From NCBI GenBank assembly GCA_016865895.1, contig VGNY01000002.1, positions 1-51,765 on the forward strand: a DNA stretch of 51,765 nt, given 5' to 3'. The notes under the pieces were generated by a model. The model worked only from the letters and a program-made list of their open reading frames with translations, was not told the DNA's origin and made no database searches. Both the position numbers and the translations under genes were made by a program. The DNA is from Chloroflexota bacterium. GTDB lineage: Bacteria; Chloroflexota; Dehalococcoidia; GIF9; UBA5629. Shown piece by piece: positions 34,842 through 43,715 of this stretch (position 1 is the first letter of the stretch; each line of letters opens with the position of its first letter).

Positions 34842-36647
34842 TTACTTTTTGAACTGCAAAGTATGAACTATCTCCGAGAACTTGGCTTCCTCATAAGGAA
34901 CAAGCAATTCCACGGTGCCTACCATAACCAGAATCCACTTATTATCCTTCTGCACACCCAAGGCAAAACCTTTGGCTCCAAACCCAGACAATGTTGTTTC
35001 AAACGCTGCCGTGGAGGCTTTAGTGCCATCTGCTAGAGCACTCTCTTTCTCAGAGAGAACTTTGAACCCTGAGCCACCAGCCGCCTCCAGTGATTTCTTG
35101 AGTGTTTCGGTGAAAGTAGCACCCTCATCAGCATCAACAAACAACACAGGAACCCGAGCCGGAGCTGCAGCGTAGAACAGGAGAGTTTCGGACGGTTGCT
35201 TTGCCCAATCCTTGGGATATTTGACAGAAAAGCCCAAGTCGGCATTGACGTACTCATTCATTGCGGGCTCTACCGGCTTAGTTGGTTCTGGCTTTTCCGC
35301 TGGCTTAGCGCCCTTAAACTTATCAATGACTTCCGGCGCTATCTTAAATGGGACAGTGCCTGGATACTCAAATTTCCAGTCGCCGTAGTCGTCAACTGCA
35401 CCATATTCTTTCTTGGGCCAGACGCCCTTCAGCTCTCCATCCTGCCATTGGGTACCAACTCCAGTGAGACGACCGGGGCCATAGACCAGGTCATGAGGAC
35501 ACTTTGGTGGACATGGTGATGAGCCTACCGGATAATATTCACTAGTTCCAGCAGTACCCGTGTATACCCGCTTTTCAATGACGGGAACAAGGACATCAGA
35601 ATCCAGGGTCTGCGCCTCTTCAAAGTTTAGTTTCGCGGTGAGAAGTGCATCATAGGTAGCCGCGGTATATGTTGGAAATTGGCCAGTACGTTTCTCAAAC
35701 TCATCGAAGAAAGGGATGGTCTTCTCAGTTATGGACACACCTTTAGCATATGTATTCAGGAAAATCTCATAGTTGCCTTTACCGCCAGTGGCCTCCCAGA
35801 AGCCTTTCTTCTGCCCCTCAACAATGATACCTACTGAGACAGCCGGTATCTTAAGTTCGCCGCGTTGCTTGGCATATGTGACGCCGACCGGGCCAGAGAA
35901 GGTGGTAAAGATAATATGAGGTTCCTTGGCGGCAATAGCAGTCAGCTCAGCAGTGACATCTGTGGCTGTATCCGAAGGTCTCCAGACACCGACTACTTCC
36001 ATACCCATCGCCGGTATCCGTGCCTGGGCAACCGCTACCATCGCTTCGGTCCATTCCAGTTTTTCAGCAATTATAGCCACCTTCGGCTTCTCTATACCTA
36101 GTTCCTGCTTCAAGACACCAGCGACCATTGCTAGCATCTTGAAGTCGCTCGTAACCAAGAATATCTCATTATATGGGGTGACCTTGAAGAAGTACTTGTA
36201 GCGGTCATAATCGTCGGCTACTCGTTTCTGGAGCGCCACGGTGGCAGCACCACAATTGAGGAAAATCTTTTTGTAGTCCATAGCTACATCTGACATCGGA
36301 AACACAGCTTCTGTCCTGAAGCCGCCCATAAGCAAGTCCACCTTATCCACGGTGATGGCTCGCTCCACTGCAGATGCGGCACCAGCTACGTCAAGGATTT
36401 CATTGCTGTCCACCTTGACCAACTTAATAGTGTAGTTTTTATCGCCTATTTTCACGCCGCCGGCTTTATTAATTTCTTCGGCTGCCATGGTAGCACCCAT
36501 CCAGTGGTGCTCACCCTGCATAAACTGCATTGGACCCACGACTGCAACCTTGATAACATTTTCTTCCTTAGCTTTAGGAGCGCAAGCTGGAATAGCTAAC
36601 GCCACCAGCAAAAGACACGTAAGAAATAGGAAAAGATACTTTCTCAT
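34842..36647 (-). CDS. Liv-type substrate-binding lipoprotein fused to a C-terminal PsbP/DcrB-like module
   Basis: Lipobox IPACAP. A LivK-like body (VIKVAVVGPMQF...EEINKAGGVKIGDKNY) of ~440 aa, a Pro/Lys/Glu linker, then the 134-aa module shared with 20867-21271. Confidence 0.85.
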   Translation of the reverse strand: MRKYLFLFLTCLLLVALAIPACAPKAKEENVIKVAVVGPMQFMQGEHHWMGATMAAEEINKAGGVKIGDKNYTIKLVKVDSNEILDVAGAASAVERAITVDKVDLLMGGFRTEAVFPMSDVAMDYKKIFLNCGAATVALQKRVADDYDRYKYFFKVTPYNEIFLVTSDFKMLAMVAGVLKQELGIEKPKVAIIAEKLEWTEAMVAVAQARIPAMGMEVVGVWRPSDTATDVTAELTAIAAKEPHIIFTTFSGPVGVTYAKQRGELKIPAVSVGIIVEGQKKGFWEATGGKGNYEIFLNTYAKGVSITEKTIPFFDEFEKRTGQFPTYTAATYDALLTAKLNFEEAQTLDSDVLVPVIEKRVYTGTAGTSEYYPVGSSPCPPKCPHDLVYGPGRLTGVGTQWQDGELKGVWPKKEYGAVDDYGDWKFEYPGTVPFKIAPEVIDKFKGAKPAEKPEPTKPVEPAMNEYVNADLGFSVKYPKDWAKQPSETLLFYAAAPARVPVLFVDADEGATFTETLKKSLEAAGGSGFKVLSEKESALADGTKASTAAFETTLSGFGAKGFALGVQKDNKWILVMVGTVELLVPYEEAKFSEIVHTLQFKK

Positions 36648-36846
36648 TTACCGATTAACCTCCTTCGTTGTTAGGTATAGCTTTCGACTACTGGCAGGCA
36701 CTCATCGACCCCTATTTGCCCCCCACTGTGCTAATCTTTAATCTCTTAATGCATCACCCCCTTCCAGTGTTTTTATTTTGCACAGATGTCCTGCTGGTTC
36801 ACCACAAGCTTCAACAGAACAAGACCGAATGCACCAAAACCTTATC

Positions 36847-36855
36847 ATTATAACA
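36847..36855 (-). promoter_or_regulatory. candidate extended -10 promoter element (TGTTATAAT)
   Basis: Read on the minus strand, ~200 nt upstream of the binding-protein start. No good -35. Confidence 0.3.
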
Positions 36856-36876
36856 CAGCAGTCAATACTTTCAGGT

Positions 36877-38010
36877 TTAGAGTCCTAATTCAGCAGCTAT
36901 TTTTTCTCGGTGTGAGTCAACATCTCCAGCAGTAAACTCCGCTGCTTTGACACGACGGTAGTATAGTCCTATATCGTGGTCCCAGGTAAAGCCAATAGCT
37001 CCGTGTGCCGTAATTCCATCAATGCAAATCTTCTCATAAGCCTCACTTGCCTTAGCTTTGGCTACGGAAATCTGCAGCTGAGACGGTTTGCCTTCGCTTA
37101 TGCCGCAGGCCGCCTGGTAAACAAGATATTGAATCGCTTCCACATCTATAAGCATATCAGCCAGTTTTTGCTGGACTGCCTGGAAAGACCCAATAGGTCG
37201 GTCGAACTGAATCCGCTCCTTGGCGTAGGCGCTAGTCATATCAAGGACAGCCTGACAAGCGCCTGCAATCTCAGCACATTTCAAGACAGCGGCTCTTTGC
37301 AAAATAAAGTCCACTACTTCCCATCCTTTGCCTGCATCTCCCAAGATGTCATTCTTGGATACCTTAACTTTATCGAAAATCACCTGGAACTGCCTGTCTC
37401 CTGCCATAGTGGGTATTTTTTCTATTCTAAGCGCTGGAGATTTGGCATCAACTATGAATATTGTGATACCTGTCTGAGGTGTTTTGCCTTTGCCCGACCT
37501 CGCTACGACGAGGATGTAATTGGCTACATGGGTATCGGAGACAAAAATTTTCTCACCTTCCAGCACATAATCATCACCATCTGAGTGAGCGCTGAGGCTT
37601 ATCTCCGAAGCTTCATAACTAGCTGATGGTTCCATCAAAGCCAAAGTCCAAATAGTCTCACCCCTAGCTATTTGGGGCAAGAACTTAGATTTCTGTTCAG
37701 TTGTGCCGAATTCCAAAATGGGTAAGGCGCAGAGGGCAATAGTGGAAAAGAAAGGGCTTGGTACGATGTTTCTTCCCATCTCCTCCATCAAAACTACCAG
37801 ATCAACAAAATTGGCTTCCGTTCCACCATGCTCCTCTGGGAGGACAAGCCCCATCCACCCCAGTTCCGCCATGCTACGCCACATCTTAGGGTCATAACCC
37901 TTTTCGTCTTTATCCAGCTCTCTTACTTTAGACTTGGGACATTCGTTAGCCAGAAAATCTCTTGCCATGGTCCGGAGCATTTCTTGTTCTTCTGTAAAAC
38001 CAAAGTCCAC
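36877..38010 (-). CDS. acyl-CoA dehydrogenase-fold protein, beta-type
   Basis: Collinear paralog of 17435-18565 (MDFGFTEEQEMLRTMARDFL...). LQRAAVLKC and FTAGDVDSHRE lack both known catalytic Glu positions. Confidence 0.85.
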   Translation of the reverse strand: MDFGFTEEQEMLRTMARDFLANECPKSKVRELDKDEKGYDPKMWRSMAELGWMGLVLPEEHGGTEANFVDLVVLMEEMGRNIVPSPFFSTIALCALPILEFGTTEQKSKFLPQIARGETIWTLALMEPSASYEASEISLSAHSDGDDYVLEGEKIFVSDTHVANYILVVARSGKGKTPQTGITIFIVDAKSPALRIEKIPTMAGDRQFQVIFDKVKVSKNDILGDAGKGWEVVDFILQRAAVLKCAEIAGACQAVLDMTSAYAKERIQFDRPIGSFQAVQQKLADMLIDVEAIQYLVYQAACGISEGKPSQLQISVAKAKASEAYEKICIDGITAHGAIGFTWDHDIGLYYRRVKAAEFTAGDVDSHREKIAAELGL

Positions 38011-38039
38011 AGCAGCCTCCTAGAAAATTTACTCCTTTT

Positions 38040-38092
38040 GTCACCCTGAACGGAGTGAAGGGTCTAGATTCTTCGCTTCGCTCAGAATGACA
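38040..38092. repeat. palindromic repeat, third copy of the GTCAyyCTGA/GAAGrrTC family
   Basis: GTCACCCTGAACGGAGTGAAGGGTC-T-AGATTCTTCGCTTCGCTCAGAATGAC. The 27 nt at 38066-38092 are identical to 20721-20747. Confidence 0.75.
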
Positions 38093-38126
38093 GCAGCATG
38101 TTGTTAAACAATCTCCATGAAAGCCT

Positions 38127-39329
38127 TTAGTATGATTTGGGCAAACCTAATCTAAACTGGGCTATAATGCTTTTCTCTACCTCGGCAGTACCAGCAGCAA
38201 TCATATTACCAGGGAAGCCAAGATAGGCACCCTGAATGGCCCCATTTAGCCTGGCCCATTTTGAATCCGGATCAACTTGAGAGTAGACTCCTAATATCTC
38301 TGCTCCGGAAATAGCTAAACGCCTAAGGACGTCATCGCCCATAATCTTATTCCTCGAGGATTCATAGGCGGGTATTGCACCCTGAGTCACCCTCCAAGTA
38401 AACTGGTAGGCAAACAGTTTAACTACCTCCACGTCTATAGCCATCTCAGCCAACCTGTGGCGGACAGCAGGGATTTGGTTCAAAGACTTACCTTCGCGCT
38501 GAGTCTTTTTGGCATAATCAACCAGGATTTCCAACAATCTCTTGGAACTTCCATATGCTAGTGGTGCCACACTGCGTCTCTCGAATGCAAGCGCCTGCAT
38601 CAGATGATACCATCCCTTATTCTCCTCACCAACCAGATTGGATGCCAGAACCCTAACATTATCAAAAAATACCTCATTAAAGTGATGCCGACCATAATAG
38701 TTTAATATGGGGTTAACTGTGACTCCCGGACTCTTCATGTCCACAATGAAAAGGCTGAGCCCGCGGTGTTTCTTTGCAGCAGTGGCATCCGTTCTGGTCA
38801 AGAGCCAGCACCATCGTGAATGCTGGGCCTTGCTAGTCCATACTTTTTGGCCATTAATAACGTAATGCTCTCCATCTCTTACAGCTCGGGTTTGCAGGTT
38901 AGCAAGGTCAGAACCTGCGTTGGGCTCACTATAGCCCGTGCACCAGACACCATCTCGTTCCCCAGCGGCAATAAGTGGCAGGTATTTCCTCTTTTGTTCC
39001 TCCGTGCCGAATAGCATAAGGCAGGGCCCGACCCATTGCGTGCCACTTATACCCATCCACGCCCCTGGTATTCCCCAATATGCTATCTCCATCTCATACA
39101 CTGTTTGTTCCATTAAAGAAGCACCCTGACCCCCATATTCCTTCGGCCAGCTCATAACCAGCCATCCCTTCTGAGCTAGCTTCTTAGACATGGATATTTC
39201 AAATTCAAAGTCTCTGTATTCCTGGTCAATCAGATGAGTGCCAACAAAATCCTCAGGCAACTCTTTTTTGGCGAATTTGGCAATGTCCTCTATCAGAGTT
39301 TTCTCTTTTTCACCAAGTTTGAAATCCAT
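38127..39329 (-). CDS. acyl-CoA dehydrogenase, alpha-type
   Basis: GYSEPNAGSDLANLQTRA and LAFERRS (IVD-like Glu position). 400 aa, like the two alpha-type copies at 14962 and 16188. Confidence 0.9.
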   Translation of the reverse strand: MDFKLGEKEKTLIEDIAKFAKKELPEDFVGTHLIDQEYRDFEFEISMSKKLAQKGWLVMSWPKEYGGQGASLMEQTVYEMEIAYWGIPGAWMGISGTQWVGPCLMLFGTEEQKRKYLPLIAAGERDGVWCTGYSEPNAGSDLANLQTRAVRDGEHYVINGQKVWTSKAQHSRWCWLLTRTDATAAKKHRGLSLFIVDMKSPGVTVNPILNYYGRHHFNEVFFDNVRVLASNLVGEENKGWYHLMQALAFERRSVAPLAYGSSKRLLEILVDYAKKTQREGKSLNQIPAVRHRLAEMAIDVEVVKLFAYQFTWRVTQGAIPAYESSRNKIMGDDVLRRLAISGAEILGVYSQVDPDSKWARLNGAIQGAYLGFPGNMIAAGTAEVEKSIIAQFRLGLPKSY

Positions 39330-39545
39330 TCTCAGCCTCCGAACTTAGTTTGTTAGAACATAGCTCGTACTTTTACGTGTTATGTCAAGCGTGACAAATA
39401 CAAACAAGGTGAACCTCTACCTAAATAAAAGCTCAACACCTGGTAACAACTATAACAGACAGGCATTTATGTAGATAGCGACTTTATCGACTACAGGCTA
39501 TTCAATTGGCACCGCAAGCCACACTTCATAAATCCGACCGAGCTA

Positions 39546-40478
39546 TTACTTCGGTGGGTGCGATGGATAAGGATTTACCAATCCCTTGGCCAGAGTTACG
39601 GGCATGATTTTGAGTAGCTCATCCAGCGTCCAAGTTCCGTCTTTATTAATCCAGCTTCGTACTTCGGGTTCAGCATAAATGCCTATTCTGCCACCACCGA
39701 CCCAGAATGTACAACCATTTATGTTCGCTGCCTCATCAGTACACAAGTATACAACCAGAGGCGCTATCATCTCAGGAGTCATCTCCTCCAGGTCGTCTAG
39801 TGTTATCGAACCTCCTACAGGACGTAGCCCTTCTGCTTTAGCTTTTTCCCAGGCAGCTTTCAGCTCCGGCGTTAGAGTTAACCTAGTTCCAGCATTAGGA
39901 CGAATGGCATTGCAAGTCACGCCATATCTGCCCATATCTCTGGCTACTGTCCTGGTGAAACCGACAATCCCCTCTTTAGCAGCGCTATAGTTGGCCTGCC
40001 CCATATTACCAAGTCCAGCTGTAGATGAGGTATTTATTATTCGCCCACTTCTCTGTTGTCTAAAATAGACACAAGCTGGCTTGGTACAATGGAAATGGCC
40101 ATATAGGTGAACCTTCATGACCAAGTCCCATTCTTCTTCGCTCATATTGAAAATCATGCGGTCCCTGAGAATACCAGCATTGTTAACTAAAATGTCGATT
40201 CGGCCAAAATTATCAATCGCTGTCTTGATTACGCTTTCACCACCTTCTGGAGTGGCTACGGAGTCATAGCTAGCGACAGCTTCTCCACCAAGCTTCTTAA
40301 TCTCCTGAACTACCTCTTCAGCCGGAGTTGCAGAGGCACCGGTACCATCCCCTGCCCCACCAACGTCATTAACCACCACTTTTGCACCTTCAGCAGCCAG
40401 GGCTAATGCCTCACCCCACCCAATGCCACGCCCAGCACCAGTAACTACAGCTACCTTGCCTTCCAGCCGTTTTGGCAT
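39546..40478 (-). CDS. MFE-2/HSD17B4-type short-chain dehydrogenase (likely (3R)-hydroxyacyl-CoA dehydrogenase)
   Basis: GKVAVVTGAGRGIG...VVVNDVGG...GRIDILVNNAGILRD...GQANYSAAK is collinear with the dehydrogenase domain of peroxisomal multifunctional enzyme 2. Confidence 0.8.
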   Translation of the reverse strand: MPKRLEGKVAVVTGAGRGIGWGEALALAAEGAKVVVNDVGGAGDGTGASATPAEEVVQEIKKLGGEAVASYDSVATPEGGESVIKTAIDNFGRIDILVNNAGILRDRMIFNMSEEEWDLVMKVHLYGHFHCTKPACVYFRQQRSGRIINTSSTAGLGNMGQANYSAAKEGIVGFTRTVARDMGRYGVTCNAIRPNAGTRLTLTPELKAAWEKAKAEGLRPVGGSITLDDLEEMTPEMIAPLVVYLCTDEAANINGCTFWVGGGRIGIYAEPEVRSWINKDGTWTLDELLKIMPVTLAKGLVNPYPSHPPK

Positions 40479-40566
40479 TTCAGCCTCCTAGAATTGATAA
40501 GTTGCCGACCACAAATAGCGCTATGTCCGTCAACTGTCAAACTACATTACGCTAGAACGGCAAAAT

Positions 40567-41346
40567 TTACATGTACATGCCAGAAGAAACGTTCAGCGTC
40601 TGGCCAGTAATAAAGGCAGCATCATCCGAAGCTAGAAACAGAACAGGCTTGGCCGCATCTTCAGGTGTCATCGGTTTAACCTGCAAAAGAACCATATCCC
40701 TGACCTTCTTGGGTATCCCAACCAGTTCTCCACCCACTTCTTCTTGCTGCGCCTCTTTTTCTCTAGTCAACCGAGTATCAACGAAACCATAAGCAACGAC
40801 ATTACAGGTGATGCCAAATCTTCCCCATTCCCTGGCTACGGTTTTGGTGAGACCGATGAGACCTGCTTTAGCAGCAGCATAGTTTATCTGCCCCACATTG
40901 CCCATTAGTCCAGCCACCGAGGCCACGTTGATTATTCTGCCGTTATGTCCTTCCTTCATCATATATTGTGAAGCAGCTCTAATGCAGTTAAAGGTTCCTT
41001 TAAGGCTAATATCAACACATAAATCCCATTGGGCATCAGTCATCTTATGTATTAAGGCATCACGGGTAAGTCCGGCATTATTGACCAGGATATCAATCTT
41101 GCCGAATTTCTGTGCCGCCATGTCCATCACCTTCTGGCAATCCTCCAGCTTGGTCACATCGCCAGCATAAGCTTCAGCCTTGCCTCCAGCAGCTTTTATC
41201 TTCTTAACCACTTCCTTCAGTGGGGCTTCATCAATATCGCTCACCAAAACAGCCGCACCCTCCTTGGCAAACAGTAGGGCATCAGCCTCACCTATACCCC
41301 GTGCTGCCCCAGTAATAACAGCTACTTTTCCATCTAGTTTTCCCAT
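40567..41346 (-). CDS. FabG-like short-chain dehydrogenase/reductase
   Basis: GKVAVITGAARGIG, NNAG and the YAAAK catalytic motif. Confidence 0.85.
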   Translation of the reverse strand: MGKLDGKVAVITGAARGIGEADALLFAKEGAAVLVSDIDEAPLKEVVKKIKAAGGKAEAYAGDVTKLEDCQKVMDMAAQKFGKIDILVNNAGLTRDALIHKMTDAQWDLCVDISLKGTFNCIRAASQYMMKEGHNGRIINVASVAGLMGNVGQINYAAAKAGLIGLTKTVAREWGRFGITCNVVAYGFVDTRLTREKEAQQEEVGGELVGIPKKVRDMVLLQVKPMTPEDAAKPVLFLASDDAAFITGQTLNVSSGMYM

Positions 41347-41468
41347 TGTCTATCTTTTTACCTCCTTGTGTTAGTTTGACTTTGATTAATCCCACAAGTC
41401 GCCGCTCTTTATTTCAGCACTCAAGGGAAATCGCTTCCTAGATGCCTGTCCAGACCAGTATGCTTTGC

Positions 41469-41939
41469 CTATTTCTTACCCCGTGATGGTAAGGCAACCA
41501 AGGCTGCACCAGGTGTCGTTTTATCTCCTTTTCCATTCTCCACCCAAATCTCGCACTCAACAAGATGCTCACCACTTTCCTCATATTTCTTGGTCACCTT
41601 GCCCTTGCACCACCATGTTTCACCGTCATGTGGCTCTTCCATGGTTTTCATCTTCCGTGGGTAGTCCATGCCACGATACTGGCATGACAACTTTTTGAGC
41701 ACCCCCTGCTCACCAATCCAGTCAGTCATCAGTTGGCCTAGCCAGGCACGTTTAAGAGCACCATGCACGATAGGAGCACCCACACCCATAGCTTTGGCAA
41801 AATCGTCTTCGTAATGCAAAGGGTTAAAATCTCCCGAGGCCCCCGCCCATTGAACTAACATCCGCGATGTAGCAATTTTAGCCACCGGGGTTATTTCGGT
41901 TCCTGCATCAACGTCTTCATAATAAAGTTGTTTAGCCAT
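41469..41939 (-). CDS. MaoC-like (R)-specific enoyl-CoA hydratase, catalytic subunit
   Basis: Hydratase-2 motif GASGDFNPLHYEDDFA in a hot-dog-sized protein. Confidence 0.85.
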   Translation of the reverse strand: MAKQLYYEDVDAGTEITPVAKIATSRMLVQWAGASGDFNPLHYEDDFAKAMGVGAPIVHGALKRAWLGQLMTDWIGEQGVLKKLSCQYRGMDYPRKMKTMEEPHDGETWWCKGKVTKKYEESGEHLVECEIWVENGKGDKTTPGAALVALPSRGKK

Positions 41940-41974
41940 ATCTCCTCCTCAATTTGAAATAGTCACAAGATGGC

Positions 41975-42448
41975 TTAAAACTGGATCAAAGTGGAACGGC
42001 TCTTCAGCGCCACCTTTTTCTTCTGGTTAACAAAAGTGGTCTCGACTGTGGTGAACATAGTCTTACCCATTTTTGTTTCTCGCTCAGTTATGCTAGCAAT
42101 CTTAGTCGTAGCAGTTAGCACATCTCCAGCGCCGATAGGCTCAAGAAATTCAAATTCAACACCGCCATCGAGGAGCCGAGTTGGCGCCCCAGCTTTAATA
42201 AGCGAATCAACGAGTTTGAAGACAGAAATCCCACCTTTGATTGGCCAGCCGGTGAAGCCTGGAGGGCAAATCAACCTGCCATATTTGTTTTTACTGGCAT
42301 TCTCTATATCGTTGAATAAAGGATTGGGGTCGCCTATAGCCTGTGCATACCTCTGGATTGCCCCTTCTTCAACCTTGAAAGTAATTGGCTCTCCAGAAAC
42401 ACCTATTAGTTTTTTCAACTCATCTGTAATTATGGACCCTTCAGCCAT
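41975..42448 (-). CDS. MaoC N-terminal-like hot-dog protein, non-catalytic partner
   Basis: IQRYAQAIGDPNPLFNDIE has Phe where the catalytic His sits. Adjacent to the catalytic MaoC gene. Confidence 0.8.
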   Translation of the reverse strand: MAEGSIITDELKKLIGVSGEPITFKVEEGAIQRYAQAIGDPNPLFNDIENASKNKYGRLICPPGFTGWPIKGGISVFKLVDSLIKAGAPTRLLDGGVEFEFLEPIGAGDVLTATTKIASITERETKMGKTMFTTVETTFVNQKKKVALKSRSTLIQF

Positions 42449-42478
42449 AGCTTACCTCCTAAAAGTTTAGTTTTTTTA

Positions 42479-43681
42479 TTACAGCCCTACGATAGCGACA
42501 CTGACAATATTCATCGCCGGGAAGCCGCCCATATTATGGGTGAGACCCAGTTTGGGATTCTTTAGCTGGCGCTCTGGCAGCTGAGCTTTACCCTGCAACT
42601 GTTTGTACATTTCGTATAGCATTCTTAAACCAGAGGCACCAATCGGATGACCAAAACATTTCAACCCACCATCAGGCTGAATAGGTTGCTCGCCGTCAAG
42701 ATTGAAACGGCCAGCCTCAATGTCTTCTTTAACCTTCCCTCTGGGACTGAACTGCAAATCCTCCATTGTCACTGCTTCAGTAATTGAAAAACAGTCGTGC
42801 ACCTCAGCCATACTTATTTCCTTGCGCGGATTCTTAATACCAGCCTCTTTATAAGCCAGTACTCCAGCACGGTATCCAGTCTCAACATGAGCACCATCCC
42901 ACTTGGTATACATCAGCTCCTCACCCGAGCTCAAGGCTATTTGGAGAGCCTTAACGTACACAGGGTCAGGCCTGAATTTCTTAGCCATATCAGCTCGAGT
43001 AACAATAGCCGCCGCTGAACCATCACTGACTCCACAGCAATCGAAAAGCCCCAGCGGCCAGGCGATGATAGGGGCATTAACCACCTGCTCTTCGGTCACT
43101 TCGCGGCGCAGGTGTGCCTTCGGATTCCTGGCTCCATTGTAATGACTTTTTGCTGATACTTTAGCCAGCATCTTTTTGCCCTCATCTGGGCTAAGTCCAT
43201 ACACAGCAAAATATCTCGTAGCCATCATGGCAAAAGCCCCGGGAGCGGTCACTTTAGGCATGAGAAGTGCATTTTTTGTTCCCATAAGACCAGGACCACT
43301 GGGAAGACCACCATACCCGGTATCCTTGAGCTTTTCTACCCCCACAGCCAACACAATATCGTAAGCTCCCGAAGCCACTGCATAACAGGCACCCCTGAAA
43401 GCTTCTGTAGCAGTCGCACAGAAATTTTCTGTTCTTGTGACCGGGATAAAAGGCAACTTAAGCGTTAATGCCAAAGCCGTGGCCCCCTTACCTACACTCT
43501 GTTCCTCAAAATGCACACCAAACCATGCTGCCTGAAGGTCTTTTTTCTCTACCCCTGCATCTTCAATACATTCTTGAAATGCGTCAACCATCAAGTCCTC
43601 AGCGCTTTTATCCCACAGCTCCCCAAACTTGGTACAACCCATCCCTATAATAGCTACCTTGTCTTTAATACCTTCTGCCAT
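42479..43681 (-). CDS. SCPx/archaeal-type thiolase with canonical active site
   Basis: MAEGIKDKVAIIGMGCTKFGELWDKS start after GGAGG (the 30-codon track extension would overlap the upstream gene). NFCATATEAF Cys and CFGHPIGASG His. Confidence 0.9.
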   Translation of the reverse strand: MAEGIKDKVAIIGMGCTKFGELWDKSAEDLMVDAFQECIEDAGVEKKDLQAAWFGVHFEEQSVGKGATALALTLKLPFIPVTRTENFCATATEAFRGACYAVASGAYDIVLAVGVEKLKDTGYGGLPSGPGLMGTKNALLMPKVTAPGAFAMMATRYFAVYGLSPDEGKKMLAKVSAKSHYNGARNPKAHLRREVTEEQVVNAPIIAWPLGLFDCCGVSDGSAAAIVTRADMAKKFRPDPVYVKALQIALSSGEELMYTKWDGAHVETGYRAGVLAYKEAGIKNPRKEISMAEVHDCFSITEAVTMEDLQFSPRGKVKEDIEAGRFNLDGEQPIQPDGGLKCFGHPIGASGLRMLYEMYKQLQGKAQLPERQLKNPKLGLTHNMGGFPAMNIVSVAIVGL

Positions 43682-43715
43682 TTTTGTTCCTCCGTAGTTA
43701 TTTATTTTTATAGTA

